DNA of 64,000 nt from Octopus vulgaris (taxonomy: Eukaryota): assembly GCA_951406725.2 (NCBI GenBank), contig OX597816.1, positions 29,636,001 to 29,700,000 of the forward strand. Direction: 5' to 3'. Below, piece after piece: positions 40,280-53,056 of the stretch. The position numbers were made by a program, and so were the translations under genes. Positions within the stretch are counted from its first letter, which is position 1. The number at the start of each line of letters is the position of its first letter. The notes beneath the pieces were generated by a model that was not told the DNA's origin, made no database searches, and was given only the letters and a program-made list of their open reading frames with translations.

Positions 40280-42868
40280 TTCCGTGCCTAGGTCAGGGAT
40301 CTTTGGTAATTATCCAAATACCCTGGCCTGAAAGTATTTTTGAACAAGTTGTTAAGTTGGTTCTCATCGAACCCCAGAGCCCCTCCTAGGACGTCATCAT
40401 TTTCAGCCTCTACCAGCCCTCTATAGAACACCGAGGTGGTATGCCTGCTGCCGGCATTGCCCGTCTTGTGGATAAGCGTGAGTGCCTGTCGGGACTCCTT
40501 TTGTCATACTGTCGGATTACGTCTTTTTATGAAACCGGGTTTAAATCTCTCCATAGACGCCAGGAGCGGGAAGAATTCCTCTGCTAGCGGACTCCACACT
40601 TTATCACCTTCCAGGTGGCGCCAGAGATGTCTCAACCTCAACGCATGTCTGGGCACCATTAGCCAAGGCATTTCTAACCCACCCTTAACGGTTCCTGACA
40701 GCAAACGGAGTACCTTACAAGTTGCTTTCCTCCCTTCCACAAAAAGCGAAAGGAGTCGCTCTAACTTGTTTAGCCACGAATGGGGGGCAAGGGACAATGG
40801 TCAAGTGGTAGGTGATTACAGATGCTATAAACACCTGTACCACCTCCGCCCTTCCTTTCAAGGATAGAGCCCTTCCGGACCAAGTCTGTACTGGGGCCTC
40901 TACCTTGTCTGCCACTTCGCTCCAATTCTTCTCCGTCTGAGAGTCTGGGCCAAACCAAACTCCAACCATCAGTCCAGTGACCTACGACACTGGACGATAT
41001 CGACTTGCCTCCTCCAGGTTACCGCATCCGATTTCATTAGGGTCGCTTCCCAACCTCTCCAACTTCCGCAGTAATGGCTCAAGAGCCAACACGTACAGAA
41101 GTGGAGACAAGGAACACTCTTGACGAACTGAGCGCTTGATCGAAAACGGCTCCGTTAGGTAACCGTTTATCTGGACCGTGGACTTGATGCCGCTATACAT
41201 AATGCAGATCCACCCGTGAAAACCCGGGCCCGACCCAGCCTCTTCGAGGACCGCCGCCAAGTAGTGATGGTCTGCCCTATCAAACGCTTTACTTTGGTCT
41301 AAATGGACCATTGTCCCACCTTTGCCAGATAATTTACCAACCCTGTCTAAGGTGTAGCGGATATGAAGATTGTCCTGGATTGACCTGCCGGGGATTGTGC
41401 ATGCCTATGCCTTCCCTACAGGTTTCTCCACGATAGCCGTCAACCTTTTCGCCAACACCCTGGCCAAAATCTTTAACTGTACATTAAGCAGAGTTATACG
41501 CTTATAATTACTAATACTATCCTCCTTGCTCGGGTCTTTCTAGACCAGCGTTACCACTCCCAGGCTCACAGAACTGGAATTTCTCCCATTCTGTTGCCAG
41601 TTTGTATAGACGCCTGCCAGTACATCCTTGAACAAGTCCGGCATACAACGATAAAACTCGTAGTGCAGACCATCCAACGTCGGTGACTTTTCCCCGACGC
41701 TCTCCCCGAAAAAGCGGGTGAAATGCTGGTGAAATACTTTCTGCATCTCATCCTGTCCATAGATCTTGCGCCCCTGCATTTTACCTCTCTGACTCTCCAC
41801 ACGGTGTGCCCACTCGGCAACATTAATGCCCTCTCGTTTCCCTGCACATAGCTTAGATCTAACTCTGCAACCTTCGTGCTTCGAGTTGAGGTGACGGAAC
41901 AAGGCCGTTCTCACCGGCAGTACTCTAGATGCAGAGCCAGATTCCATAGCCTTGTCTAAGTTCTAAATTAAATCGCCCTCTATTCTAGCACCATCTAAAC
42001 TTAGTTGATTGCTAAATCTACTGGACTCTAAACCGATGGTTCTTTTGAGGGCGTGCCACCATCTATTTTTGATGATGGCGCCACTTAATGCCCTCTGTAC
42101 TAACACCTTAATCCGGGTACACAAGGCTTCACAAGTCAAAATAGACTTGTTCATCTTCCAGTACCCGGGTCCCTGTCTATGACATTTATCTAAATGTACC
42201 TCACACACCACAAATTTGTGATCCGTGTAAGGCACAATGCAAAACTGAGGACAAGTAAAAGTATTCTTATCTCTTTTCCTAACGAATACCCTATCTAAGT
42301 ACGACCTGTGTGAGCCATCGTTGTTATTCCACGTCCATTGTGGAACGCTCGACTCCTCTAGTCAGTAACGGTCTACTAGATTAAAGCTTGAAGCTAGGAT
42401 TCCTTTTCCTATCAGTCGAGTCAGCACTATCCACACGTGCATCGAAGATAGTGTTAAAGTCCCCAAATAGAACTACCATTTTTGACGTCACTAGTAAGTG
42501 CTCCAGGTCTAAAAAATACCGACTGCCCACGCTCGTTAGGGGCGTAGACACGTACCAACCCGAATGACTGTTTACTCACGTGGGTCAAATCCAGGACGAC
42601 CAGCCTACCTTCTGGGTCCAGAAAGACAGTACTTACCTATAAGTGCAAGCTCGTCCTGATAAGGACTTCCACGACCCTCTTCTTATTCGGCTTGGAGAAA
42701 TAAATTTCTCGTAACCATTCAGAAGAAGCGAGAACGCATGAGTTACGGTTATCTTGGACTCGATTACAATAGCCACATCTACTCCATTTGTCGTGCGGTC
42801 GTGCAAGAAACAAGCCTGTTTCCATTCGACCCCATTACACTCACATTCACATAGCCCAGCTTAATCAT
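40280..42868 (-). pseudogene. LINE ORF2 (AP endonuclease + reverse transcriptase), disrupted
   Basis: MIKLGYVNV, YTDHKFV, GPGYWKMN, SPTLDGLHYEFY, LDQSKAFDR, VRQECSLSPLLY, LSLKGRAEVV, GGLEMP. Confidence 0.9.
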
Positions 42869-42889
42869 CGATGACGAAAAAATGGTTTA

Positions 42890-43811
42890 CTCACAGTTGT
42901 GACAGAGAGAATGGCAGTTTATGTCTGCCTGCTTCCCCCCTCTCTCTCCTTGGTAAACGTAGCTGCTGGGCTTTTCACTGGCGCTGCCACCGGGCTCTGG
43001 ATTGGTGTGGCTGCCGGGCTGAAAATCAGTTTGCCCTCCATCACCTCTTGAGTTATATCTTTTATATTGTTGTATTTCAAATGTTGCTGCAGTAATTTTT
43101 GTTGCTGCCCTCCTCGCCACATTTAAAGCATCTGGGCCTACGTCCCTCCACCGCTACCCGAATGGATAGCCCCTCCACTACGAACACCCTATCGGGCAAA
43201 TTTTCTAATGTCGTATTCTCTGCCCCGACAACCATTTCTAATGTTTGTCCTTTCCAATTTACCGCCTGTTTCTTCCTCATTTATAGTATTGATATTTTCT
43301 TCTCTACGCCGTATAGGACTGCTGCCGCTATCCACATTACCTCATATCCTGTCGGGATATCATCCATTATTACTTTTGCTGTTCTGGACCTAAGTAAGTG
43401 GGCAGCAGCATTATTTCCTCGTTTTTAAAATTTGCGTTGACATTTCCTTGGCTACGCTAGCCGACTCGAAATGTGCCTCGATTGTGGGACTTCTTGCTCC
43501 TCGGCTAACGTAGCGTACCTTTTTCCATATAGGTGCCATGCATTTTTCGACGACTTCGTTCTTTGCGTCCATAATTCGTTTTCTTTAATGTTGTATACTT
43601 TGTAAAGAACAGTTTACAAATTAATCGCTTGTATCGTCTCCTGTAGCGGAAACAACTTAGTCTCCACCCCACTTTTTTTAATCAAGTTTCTAAACTTGAA
43701 CAGTTGGTCCATAGTAACTTCCAGTTCTGTTACATTTCCGCCCACCGCGGCTGAAACAGTCTGTTTTTCCTCATTTTCCTGCTGGTTTGCCGCAGTATTT
43801 CCTTTTCCCAT
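42890..43811 (-). pseudogene. LINE ORF1 (gag-like, CCHC knuckle), frameshifted
   Basis: VAVEGRRPRCFKCGEEG..K..C at about 43080-43160. Confidence 0.75.
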
Positions 43812-44077
43812 CTCAGGAAAGTCATTATTTCACGATAAGTCAAATTCCATTAGAAACTATTTTTTCTTACAATACTTGTCACAAATGACAAGAAAAATTT
43901 TCAAAAAAAGTAACCAGTTCACAATTTTCAGTACAAATAAGATAAATTTTCTGCCTCGCAAGGCGAAAATCACTGTTTGTCGAAAGACAACAGTTCAAAA
44001 TCAGAAATATTTATTGCATTAGAAATATTGCATTTCTAAATGTTTCAGAGAGATTTATACAGTAGCAGCACAATAAA

Positions 44078-44367
44078 GTGATGGTTTGTTGCCAACTTAA
44101 TGTGTAGTCCCAAGAAAGCGAAGAATGCTACTGCTATTTATCCCCAAGAGACACCGTTTCCAGTTGGCTATGTGACACAAGCGTACTGTGTTTTAAAACA
44201 GGGGAGATAAGCACCTCCACGCAGCAAAGCCAGGACCCAGAGACTAGTTTCAGAGTCTTTGCTCTTCATCACATAGTCAACTGGAAACGGTGTTTTCTGT
44301 GCCTAAATATCAGTAGCGTTCTTCCGTTTCCTGGGACTTCCACATTAAGTAGGCAACAAAACATCAC
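44078..44367. mobile_element. Inverted-repeat element with a truncated HHR motif in its spacer
   Basis: Arms about 44078-44176 and 44269-44367. Minus-strand gTGATGA-AGAG-caaaga-CTCT-GAAA-CTAG-TC at 44242-44272. Confidence 0.65.
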
Positions 44368-44435
44368 GGTTAAGCAGTTCCGTTTACAAATATGAAATAC
44401 CAAGTTCGAATAGTTTTGGCGGGAAAAAAATATAT

Positions 44436-44680
44436 CTTCTTTCTTCTAATACTTGTTTCAATCATTTGACTGCAGCCATGCTGGAGCACTGCCTTAAAGG
44501 GTTTTAGTCGAAGAAACCGACTCCAGGACTTATTCTTTGTAAGCTTAGTACTTATTCTATCGGTTTCTTTTTCCGAACCGCTAAGTTACGGGGACGTAAA
44601 CACGCCAGCATAGGTTGTCAAGGGATGTTGGGGGCATACACAGACACACAAACATATACACACACATACAAATATACATA

Positions 44681-44712
<32 letters not shown>

Positions 44713-44857
44713 CGAAGGGCTTCTTTCAGTTTCCGTCTACCAAATCCACTCACAAGCCTTTGGTCGGTCCGAGGCTATAGTAAAAGACACTTGCCCAAAG
44801 TGCCACGCAGTGGGACTGGACCCGGAACAAAGCTGCTTACCACATCACTCCTACACC
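44436..44857 (-). mobile_element. SINE family A
   Basis: Reverse complement of 9081-9497. Confidence 0.9.
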
Positions 44858-44928
44858 TATATATATATACACAGATATACATACATATATATATATATAC
44901 ACACATATATATATATACATATATACAC

Positions 44929-45002
<74 letters not shown>

Positions 45003-45049
45003 TCATGTTGAAACAAGTGAACAAGAAATTGCAGAAACGACAATTTGAG

Positions 45050-45208
45050 TTTAGCACACCAATTATCATTTTTTTATAAGAATGGGATTGATCAAATCTG
45101 AAAGCACCACCATGTGTTGTGAAGAACGAATTTAACGCATGCAAGATTTCAGTTTTAACATCCCTCAAAGCAACAGTCAGCCTATGAACTTTTCAGCCTA
45201 CCCTCATA
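45050..45208 (-). mobile_element. Mariner terminal fragment
   Basis: TIR-like gcctatgaacttttcagcctaccctcata, related to the 12649-12839 TIRs. Confidence 0.45.
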
Positions 45209-45321
45209 ATCACATTCAAGTTAGAACGTGACCCAATGATGTAGATCCAGTGGTTGTCTTCATTCTGATAATGTCTTTTAAATTATTTATTGTTTGTAAT
45301 TTACATAAATTGGTGTTTTTA

Positions 45322-45462
45322 TTTTGTTGTGTCTGGAGAGAGTCATTTTCTTTTAGTGCCTTATAATTTAACACACTCACCGGTAAAATTTCCACTTATT
45401 TCTTATTTTTATTTTCTAAAATTTTCGTTGCGTCTTGCAACCTTTTCAATACTCTTGACTCT
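45322..45462 (-). mobile_element. Single copy of the 15941-16401 family, with HHR-like motif
   Basis: Minus-strand TTGAAAA-g-GTTGC-aagac-GCAAC-GAAA-ATTT-TAG at about 45416-45452. Confidence 0.7.
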
Positions 45463-45526
45463 GTCCGTTATTTACACTGCGTTACCTTTTGTTTGTTTGT
45501 GCGCATGTGTGTGGGTCAGTGTGTGT

Positions 45527-45560
<34 letters not shown>

Positions 45561-47949
45561 CTATACATGCATACATGTACGTATGTATGTGTGTGTGTGT
45601 TTTTATTTGTTTTCTTTTAACATACTAATTCAGTTTAAAGTCTCTTGTTACTGTTGTTGTTGGCTATAATTAATTTCAAATGTAGCTACAGACTGAGATT
45701 GGATACTTAAAAAACGCAAGAGCATCGCGACAATTTCATTGTGATTTAGCCACTTAAGAGATTAAATAGAAAATTGAAAAACCTTTAAAAGAAACTGATC
45801 ATACCTCATTATAAAATAATAACATGTCAATCAGTAAAACATCAACATACAAGTATAAGGTTAAACAGAATCTCTTCTAATGCTGTATTTATTCCACAGC
45901 ATCACACCAAATGTCTAGTGACACAATACTCACATTTACTGTGTGATAGTAAATATCATCTCACTATCGTGGGCTTATAATGTAGTGTATAATTGTTGAA
46001 TATTTCTGTCTTTTGCTGTTCAGTATTCGAATATTTCTTTAAGTATATACCCATGACCAAAAGAAAAATTGTATAGTTATGATAACTGTCATCAGACTTT
46101 GTCCTATAATACACAGCATAAAGACGGTAAGCGATAACAATTGTCATGAGACAAATTACTGCAGTATTGTCCCATTGCCAGGCTGTCTAGTATTACAATA
46201 TACAACACAGTGATGTATCCGTCGGTTCCTGATTTAGCTAAATAAAGCAGATCGAGATATTTCTAAGTGCTCGACGTCTTGCAGATCATATTATCTTTAA
46301 AATAGATAAGAAAGGAATGTTACATTGGATAATTCAGTTCTACCTACAGCGTTAGAAAATTACATGTGCTAATGGTGGGAAGGTCGTTAATCATAGGTCG
46401 CCTCGATCAATATTGACCTGGAGTTAAGCACCAACAACAACATTATCTAATGAATATCGAGATGAGTCTTGTCAAACTAATTATATATCTGTCATACATC
46501 AGTGTGATCTATCACTTCTCTACCACTTACTCATTTTTCTCTATCATCTTTCTTTCGCTTCGAAGTGCTGAAATATAGTTTTGATGTCTTGTTTTTATGT
46601 TGATACTGAGACGGACAATAAGAAACCAAACTATCTATTGTATTTTTCTCTTTTATTTCTTGTTTTCAGGAAAACAGATCGCTTTGCTTAAGCAACCAGT
46701 GGTAATTTCCGTTCCTGAATATCATCATGGTTTCTGAAAGATTTTGTATTATTTATCAAAGATACTTTCCATTATTGTCATCATTTGGACTTCTTTTTCT
46801 GTCCTTCTGTTGTTATTGTTGTTATTGTTGTCTTGTTTGTGGTTGTTGTCACTACTGTCTCTGTTGTCTGTGTCTTTTGTTACGAACGTGATTAAAATTT
46901 AAGCTCTCTTCTGGCTCATGGTTTCCATTTGCAACTGTCACGACAAACATCATATATTACCATATATTTAACAATCTATCTCAAATCATTTTGGCTCGTT
47001 TCAATTAAATGTTTATTAGTCTTACTACTACTACTACTGCTGATGCTGCTGCTGCCACTACTACTACTGCTGCTGGTGTTGCTGCTGCTACTCCTACTAC
47101 TACTATTACTGCTGCTCCTACTACTACTAAGGTGAAGTAGAGGTTCTTGATTGGTAAAGTATCTTGCTTTGCAATAGATAGGTATCTTCTCTGTTCTGGG
47201 TTCAAATGCTACCGATGTCGATTTTGCCTTTCATCCTTTTGGTGTCATGAAATCGTTGCGACCCATTGTAGTGGCTAATAAAGAATCTTGTGACTTCTAT
47301 TTATTTTTTTTCTTTCTCTCATATGTAATATATCCTACGAACACGAAGGAATTCCTGAAGTAAATCTAGTTCCTTTCATATCCATACTTTTAAGGACATC
47401 AGTCATCAATACAACCGAACAGAGTGAACGGGCTTTAAACATCATACTATAAGGTGCATACGCAAATTTAAAATTATTACATATGAACAAATGAGTATGC
47501 CTATTGTTTCTCTGTGTGTATATCCGTGTAGCTGCGAGCAAATATGGTTTCTGTTTTGGTGATGTGCTTATGTGTAGTGTGTATGTGTATGTCATGTTCA
47601 TTTTGCAGCTTTTTATGAATGTGTGTATTTTGCATAAGTACATGGGACAATATTCCATATGTCTCTCTTAATTTTATATCGATATTATTTGTTTTTGTTT
47701 TTTTTTTACCGCTCTGCAACCAGCAAGATTTTCATCCTGTTCCATTACTAGAAGTCAATTTTTATATTGTTTTCAAAGCCTCCATAAATCTCTAATAATT
47801 GCACTTTTCACAATGATACCGTTAGTGTACATGACCCTTGAAATGGTATTACTATCCCTAAATATAATTAATGTATTTATATATGTGTACATATATACAT
47901 TTGTATGTGCGTATGTATGGCAATGTGTAAATGTGGATGACTGAGAGAG

Positions 47950-48505
47950 AGAGTATTCATAAAAAAATAAAAGACGAAGACAGGTGGTGTAGACAACATA
48001 CAGATGTTTTAGTATAACGCTCGGGGAATGTAAAAGTCTTTAACGTTTCGAGCCTACGCTCTTCCACAGAAAGGAACACAGAAAGAAACAAGGACAGAAA
48101 ATAAAGAATGTGCACTGGCTAGCGATCTATCATTGCGAATGCCGGACAGAAGGGTCACACAGGAGAGCTAGGGAGAAGAGGAGATAATAAAGTAGTGGTG
48201 ATGCCAAAACAAAAGTGCGCGTGCGTGTGTATAAGACGGTTTGTATGTGCGTGTGGAAGAGGGCTGGCGATCTTGATGCGTGCGTGTGTGTATGTGTAGG
48301 TGTGAAAATATGGGTCTGGGAAGTGCTTTGTGCTGGTGTGTGCGTGGTAGTGTGTTGTGTGGTATGGTGGTGTATGATGTAGTGTTATGTGGTGTGGCGT
48401 GATGGTGTTGGGAGGTGGGGTATGTGGGAGTGAGTGTAAGTGATGAGGTGGGTGGGTGGGGAAGGATAGGTAAGGTGGGGTGGAATGTGTAGGCGTGGGG
48501 TGGTC
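47950..48505 (-). mobile_element. Longest P1 family copy, with a 5' C/A-rich extension
   Basis: Minus-strand cttt-CTGTGGA-A-GAGC-gtag-GCTC-GAAA-CG-TT-aaag; ends in a TA run. Confidence 0.75.
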
Positions 48506-48532
48506 ATATATATATATATATATATAAAGTGA

Positions 48533-48810
48533 AGGTGCATGGCTCAGTGGTTAGAGCTACGATCGTGAGGTTGTGAGTTCGAATCCCGGATCGGGCTGCG
48601 TGTTGTGTTCTTGAGCAAGACACTTTATTTCACGTTGCTCCAGTTCACTCAGCTGTAGAAATGAATAGCGACGTCACTTTCCCTTGGATAACACTGGTGG
48701 CGGGGAGAGGGGAGGCCGGTATGCATGGGCGACTGCTAGTCTTCCATAAACAACCTTGCCCGGACTTGTGCCTGGGAGGGTAACTTTCTAGGTGCAATCC
48801 CATGGTCAGT
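48533..48810 (+). mobile_element. tRNA-derived SINE family D
   Basis: tggctcagtggttagagc (A box), gagttcgaatccc (B box), then gttgtgttcttgagcaagacac. Confidence 0.85.
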
Positions 48811-49496
48811 CTGATATTCTTTTCATTATTAAAAATAAATAATATTGCTCTGTATATAAAGATTCACTTCTTGAAATCGTTTTCTCAATTTCCTTTGTCT
48901 AAACTTCCTGTCTTTGGCGTCTAGCCAGCTCTTTACACACGCACACACATAAGCGCGCACGCGTGTATGTATACGTTATTACAGTTGTGAGGTTTTGTGA
49001 TAAAAACGTATTCCAAAAGTTACTCCCATGTCAAAAAAATTCCAGACGAAGATAGACGCATTTTGCTCAATTAATTAAATGAAGTACTGTATATAGTACA
49101 TTGATTTTCCAATACATATTTCGGACATTTTGGGAACAGGTCGCCTTATATTTCATATTTAAATCCCATGTGATTATTCTTGACGTAAATCGACTTACTA
49201 ACACTTTCACTTAACTGATTTGTCAATGTCAACATAGTAACCAAGCAACCAGCTATTTACACACATGTATGCATACATCATTACAGTTGTGACGATTTCA
49301 GATGAAAAATAGTTTCTGAAGTTACTTTTATTTTGTATATTTTTTATCCAGCGTTCTATTTGTGTAAGATATATACCTGTGTGACTGTGTGTGTGTAAAA
49401 GAAAAATTAAGATGGAGATTTCATTTAATTGATCAATTGTCCACGGGGTATAACTACAGATTTCTGCCCCCCCCCTCCATTCCCACCGATTTTGTA

Positions 49497-49705
49497 TACT
49501 CTTTTTACTCTCGTTTACTTGCTTCAGTCATTTAATGTTGCCATGCTGGAGCACCTCCTTTAGTCGAGCAATTCGACTCCAGGACTTATTCTTTGCAAGC
49601 CTAGTACTTATTCCATCGGTCTTTGGCCGTTCCGCTAAGTTACGGAGACGTAAACACACCAGTAACGGTTGACAAGCGATGATGGGGGGACAAACACAGA
49701 CACAC
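49497..49705 (-). mobile_element. SINE family A, 3' half
   Basis: Reverse complement of the family A 3' domain. Confidence 0.85.
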
Positions 49706-50144
49706 AAACATATACACACACATACATACACATATATATATATGTATATGTGTGTGTATGTGTGTGTGCGTGAGTGTATGAATATGCCTGTGTCTGTATG
49801 CATGTATGTATAGATATACATCCCCACCTATCATCACCATTGCTTCTTTTTCTTGTCTTTTCTGTTGAAGCTATTCTTATTTTCAATGTTTTGAATTTCA
49901 TTCGTTTTCCTTTTAACTCTCTAGGGAATTCGTTCGTAAGCTTTTTTCATTTACTTTTTCTGCTTCTTTTAAATTTATTTACGGTACATCCTCGTATTTT
50001 TCCTCGTCTGACTTGAAATTTTTTAATTACCTCTTAACTAAAGTAAATAGATGGCTCATCTATGTACTTTGATATTAATATGGGGCCTGTCAACCGCGGA
50101 GGAACCCTGCGACCGCAGGGGTTGCAGGGGCTTAGCAACGACCC

Positions 50145-51430
50145 TTGTCTCGGGTGGCATGGACTGGATAGACGGTATCGTCTGAAGTCCGTCTTTGATT
50201 GTTTTGGGACATATTTTATAAATGTGTGTAAAAATGAAAATTGATTATGGCTATATTCCAAGCTGAGTTGAATATTTTCATTTTATCCATTGAGAAGTGT
50301 TTCAATTTCTTTCAGCTTCTCTAGAATAAAGCCATCATTAAAGTACCTCTTTCTGTCCTCTATGTATACGGAAAACGATTTTCCGTATGTTTTAGAGATT
50401 TTAGTATAACGTGATCTCTAGGTAGTCAATAACTAGATTCGTCCCTATCTCTAGGTAGTCAATAACTAGATTCGTCCCTATCACAATCCTAAGATTTTGT
50501 CGAAAATAGTTGTCGTCGGCCATTAAATAACTATGCTCTAAGATATTTTAGTCCATTTATTATAAATGCTTTGTTATGCGATTGTGGACTTCAGAAATAT
50601 AACTATTTGATCAGAATGTAATAGTCTCTATTCTTAAATCGTGGAGGATGTTTGAATAGAGAATCACGACATCGAAAGATACTGCTAAGTTTTCTCGTTG
50701 ACTGTTTTCGGATGATGGCTGAGCATGATGTTTTTGGGTGATGTTTGAGTATACTAAATCATCTCTTATGAATCTTCTGATGTACTTCAGCAGGATATCC
50801 AAAATATTACTCAGGTGATAGCTTTTTCATGCAAGACAAGTTATTATTGATCTTAATTTCACATCGTTTGGTGATGGAACATTAATATATACACCGGTGG
50901 CTCCATTCATTCTCCTCTCATTTTTTTCCGCTTTGTAAATTTTGGCATAGAAGCTAGATTTACAATAGAAATAGTTAATACAATCGTGCTAATTGTCGGT
51001 GAGTCCATCTTGGTATAAGTGTATTTATATTCTAAGTTTTCTCAGTATTTTTTCTCGACTGTAGTGATGGAGCCTATGTATCGATTTCTAATTTGGATAA
51101 CAGAAGATGTTTATAGTATTTTGTGTCCGTCAACACTACTGCATTTCTTTTATCGGCCTCTCTTCAATGTTTCTTTAACATCTTGCTTAGCTCCTCCCAC
51201 TCACTCTTACTGAAGTTTAGTTTGTGTTTATGTGTGTGTTGATATGGCTAATTCAAAGTATATTCACAGGAATTGTGAAAGGCTTTTGAAGTTACTTCCT
51301 GATGGATGGGGTTTAGTTATTGTTCTTTCTTACTTTCGACACATCATTGTTTTTGTTCTGCAGTTCTTCAATCAGTCTCATTTTCCTACATAATTCAAAA
51401 ACGCTGTCTTTCTTTTCATTATAGTTGCGG
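50145..51430 (-). mobile_element. Decayed Penelope-like RT
   Basis: MDILLKYIRRFIRDD, VSFDVVILYSNILHDL, SPCHPR. Contains a 33-bp tandem duplication at 50414-50482. Confidence 0.75.
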
Positions 51431-51631
51431 CGTTATCGGGTTGATCTGAATTTGGAGAGTATGCTAATGTGCTGTGGTGTTAATCATTTGTTTCATGAAT
51501 TAATCATTATAATTTTTTTTGCTGTTATTGAAAGTATGCTGCCACCGGATACCTCTAATGATTCCGTAATCATTGCACATGAATAAACGGAAGTCCATAT
51601 AGAAATATATTTTTTTAAATGATAATCACGT

Positions 51632-51767
51632 GTGTGACTGTGCTTGCTTCCCAAATACCTTGTTCTCGGTTCAGTCCCGCTGCGTGGTACCTTTGACAGG
51701 CATCTTATACTCAACCGCGGGCTGACTAAAGCCTAGTGAGTGAATTAGGCAGTTGAAAACTGAAAGC
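51632..51767 (+). mobile_element. SINE family A, 5' half, diverged
   Basis: ggttcagtcccgctgcgtgg...gtgagtgaatt. Confidence 0.65.
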
Positions 51768-51896
51768 ATGTGGTTAGACAGCAAAAACTTCTTACTCCAC
51801 AGCCACTCTTACACGCATACACAAACATATGCATCATATATACATATATACTTGTATACATACATACATACATATTTGCATACATAAATTCATATA

Positions 51897-51952
<56 letters not shown>

Positions 51953-51956
<4 letters not shown>

Positions 51957-53032
51957 AAATTTAAAAAGGAAAATGCACACACTTTACATAGTTTTAATAT
52001 AATTTTTAATATATCGACCGCTTTCGCTTTCGTTATTCATGATATTATGGTTTACTTATTTGAATATGTATTTTCTTAAGGAAGAATTTTTGTCCATGTT
52101 GTGTTTGATGATATTTACGAGTGAATGACTTCACATCCAAAACTGAACGACATCCTGAAATCACACAAACTCATCAAATGCAAAAAAGCAACACAAATCT
52201 CTAAAGAGACTAGTAACAAATGCGAAGCTTTACAAAACGAACACGAAACCAAAGGTTCAAAAATTTGGACGCCCAAACTGTGGGACCTGCCCCCAACTTA
52301 CTTGAAGGCTCGGATTTCCTTTTCAAACACGGACATAGTTTCACAATTAAAAATAGCGCCTCTGAGAACCTAATTTATATAATAACCTGCTTGGGTTGCG
52401 GACACAACTATATTGGACTGACGAGTATGACCTTGAGAAACAGAACCACTCTACATAAAGAGCAAATCCGTTTCCTGCAGTACAGGCAAATTCCTCTCAG
52501 TGGACATATAGAAAAATGTGCAGATAACATCAAACCAAATTTCACAGTCTTCCCCTTCTACCAGTGCAAAGATACAATCTCTCCAAAAGAACGTTTAAAT
52601 AAAGAAACTTTTTGTCATTGAAAAATACAGAACACGTCTTAATATGCACGCATAACCAACTTTTATCTTTTTACATATTTAAATTCAAGATCACATCACT
52701 GTACATAAATCCCCTCATTAAACAAGTTTTTCGGAACTCTTTTTTCTTTGTCTGTATATATATGCCCTTACCGAAAGCTGAACAGCTATCTCCCTTGCCC
52801 ACAACAATAACAATAATAACGATAATCAATTACCACACCATATTTTTCTACTTGTGAAGTCATTCACTCGTAAATATCATCACACACGACATGGACAAAA
52901 TTTCTTCTTAAGAAAATATATATTCAAATAAGTAAACCATAATATCATGAATAGCGAAAGCGAAACCGGTCGATATATTAAAGATTATATTAAAACTATG
53001 TAAATGTGCATTTTCCTTTGTTTAATTTCTTA
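51953..53032 (+). mobile_element. 5'-truncated Penelope-like element: inverted pLTR, GIY-YIG, pLTR; inserted in (TA)n
   Basis: 51953-52135 is the reverse complement of 52853-53032. The body reads NLIYIITCLGCGHNYIGLTSMTLRNRTTLHKEQIR...ERLNKETF. Confidence 0.92.
52942..52976 (+). ncRNA. Minimal type I hammerhead-like motif, A3-U8 variant
   Basis: ATATC-ATGAATA-GC-gaaa-GC-GAAA-C-cg-GTC-GATAT. Confidence 0.55.
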
Positions 53033-53056
53033 TATATATATATATATATATATATA

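Larger units (their letters stand above)
40280..44040 (-). mobile_element. Tx1/L1-clade LINE, decayed and 3'-truncated
   Basis: ORF1 with a zinc knuckle, then ORF2 with APE and RT motifs (see sub-features). Confidence 0.9.

Noticed and set aside
50080-50145. GC-rich patch abutting the Penelope fragment
   Set aside because: It may be a DNA-transposon terminus, but no partner TIR or TSD was found.
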